A DNA stretch of 64,000 bases from Lama guanicoe (Eukaryota): the NCBI GenBank assembly GCA_013239625.1, contig MU054129.1:189238-253237 (forward strand), written 5' to 3'. Numbering within the stretch: the first letter of the stretch is position 1; each line of letters begins with the position of its first letter. Made by a program: the position numbers and the translations under genes. The notes beneath the pieces were generated by a model, which saw only the letters and a program-made list of their open reading frames with translations, was not told where the DNA came from and made no database searches. Below are positions 62,410-64,000 of this stretch, one piece after another.

Positions 62410-64000
62410 TTTTTCTTTTTTTTCTTTTTTAGTTTTTGGTTTACTTAAAAATATTTTTATTGAAGTATAGTCAGTGTATAATGTTGCATCAGTTTCTTGC
62501 GTACAGCACAACGCTTCAGTTATAGAGGAACATACATGTATTCATTTTCATTTTCTTTTTAAGCATAAGTTACTATAAGATATTGAATATATTTCCCTGT
62601 GCTATACAGTATAAACTTGCTGTTTATCTATTCTATACATAGTCAGTATCTGCAAATCTTGAAGTCCCAGTTTATCCCTTCTCACCCCCTTTCCCCCCTG
62701 GTAACCATAGTTTGTTTTCTATGTCTCTGTGTCTGTTTCTGTTCTGTAGATAAGTTTGTCTTCTTTCCTTTTTTTTTTTTTTTAAGATTCCACATATGAG
62801 TGATCTCATATGGTATTTTTCTTTCTCTTTCTGGCTTACTTCTCTTAGAATGACTTTCTCAAGGTCCATTCAGGTTGCTGCAAATGGCATTATTTTATTT
62901 TTTTTTATGGCTGAGTAGTAGTCTATTGTATAAATATACTACAACCTCTTCATCCAGTCATCTGTCAGTGGACATTTAGATTGTTTCCATGTCTTGGTCA
63001 TTGTAAACAGTGCTGCTGTGAACATTGGGGTGCAGGTGTCTTTTGGAATTAAGATTCTCTCTGGATATATGCCCAGGAGTGGGATTTATGGATCAAGTGA
63101 TGTCTTTCTTTTTTTTTTTTTCTTTTGAGGAATCTCCATACTGTTTTCCACAATGGCTCCACCAAACTACATTCCCACCAAAAGTGTAGGAGGGTTCCCT
63201 TTTCTCCACAGCCTCTCCAGCTTTTATCATTTGTGGGCTTTTGAATGATGGCCATTCTGACTGGTGTTAGGTGATAACTCATCGTAGTTTTGATTTGCAT
63301 TTCTCTGATAATTAGTGATATTGAGCATTTTTTTATGTGCCTATTGGCCATTTGTTTGTCTTTAGTGGAGAATTGCTTGTTTAGTTGTTCTGCCCATTTT
63401 TCGATTGGGTTGTTTATTTTTTACCTATTACGTTGTATGAACTGTTCATATATTCTAGAAATTATGCCATGGTCAGTCTCATCTTTTGCAGATATTTTCT
63501 CCCATTCCATAGGTTGTCTTTTTGTTTTGCTTATGGTTTCTATTACTGTGCAAGAGCTGATAAGTTTAATTAGGTCCCATTTGTTTATTTTTGGCTTTTA
63601 TTTCTGTTGCTTGGGTAGACTGCCCTAGGAGGACATTTTTGAGATTTATGTGAGATAATGTTTTGCTTATGTTTTCTTCTAAGAGGTTTATAGCGTCTTA
63701 TGTTTAAGTCTTTAAGCCATTTTGAGTGTGTTTCTTTCTGGGTTTTTTTGCGACTCTAATGTATGCTTTTGATTTGTGGTCACCTTATTTTTCAAGTATG
63801 TCAACCCATTACTATATCTATTTCCTACAGACTGGTAATCACGTAGGTTCCAACACATCCTAAGACTAATGAAGGAAAAGAAAGAAAGAAAGGAAAAAAA
63901 TCTATATTTTCTTGTTCCCCTTTCCCATTCCCACCTTTTTGTTTTGTTTTGATGTCCTTTTTCTTTTTTACATCTTCATGTTTATTCTCTTGTAACTTGT
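62410..64000 (-). mobile_element. Relatively young L1: 3'UTR plus ORF2 C-terminus, with L1-like sequence continuing to the window edge
   Basis: Minus ORFs [38 protein letters not shown]...[15 protein letters not shown] and MDLEKVILREVSQKEKEKYHM are L1 ORF2 C-terminal / 3' motifs; T-rich tail at about 62410-62440. Confidence 0.95.

Noticed and set aside
1..64000. CRISPR arrays, rRNA genes or prokaryotic systems
   Set aside because: The sequence is mammalian (L1, L2, MIR, SINEs, spliceosomal exons). I saw no repeat-spacer array or rRNA similarity.

Overview
Mammalian non-coding DNA, most likely camelid (four copies of a short tRNA-derived SINE resembling the camelid Vic-1 type), with no intact protein-coding gene I can support. 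The window is a mosaic of decayed, intron-retaining (non-processed) gene fragments. TRAPPC9 exons 2-3-4 lie on the minus strand (12091-1884) and TRAPPC9 exons 6-7 on the PLUS strand (47931-54905). Between them are POFUT2 exons 1-2 with their CpG island (37428-39110, plus strand), a three-exon fragment of an unidentified gene (21890-22865, +), two further candidate exons (27536-28862, -) and two more CpG islands (about 16.6-17.3 kb and 24.4-25.2 kb). This looks like an old segmental-duplication and exon-shuffling hub. POFUT2 exon 2 and TRAPPC9 exon 6 are co-oriented and phase-compatible, a possible fossil in-frame chimera, and 4 of the 7 recognisable splice donors are destroyed at the +1 G. The rest is L1, L2, MIR, MaLR/ERV LTRs (including an inverted pair), DNA-transposon remnants and microsatellites. 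Gene identities and exon numbers come from my recall of the human proteins and exon structures, not from a database search.
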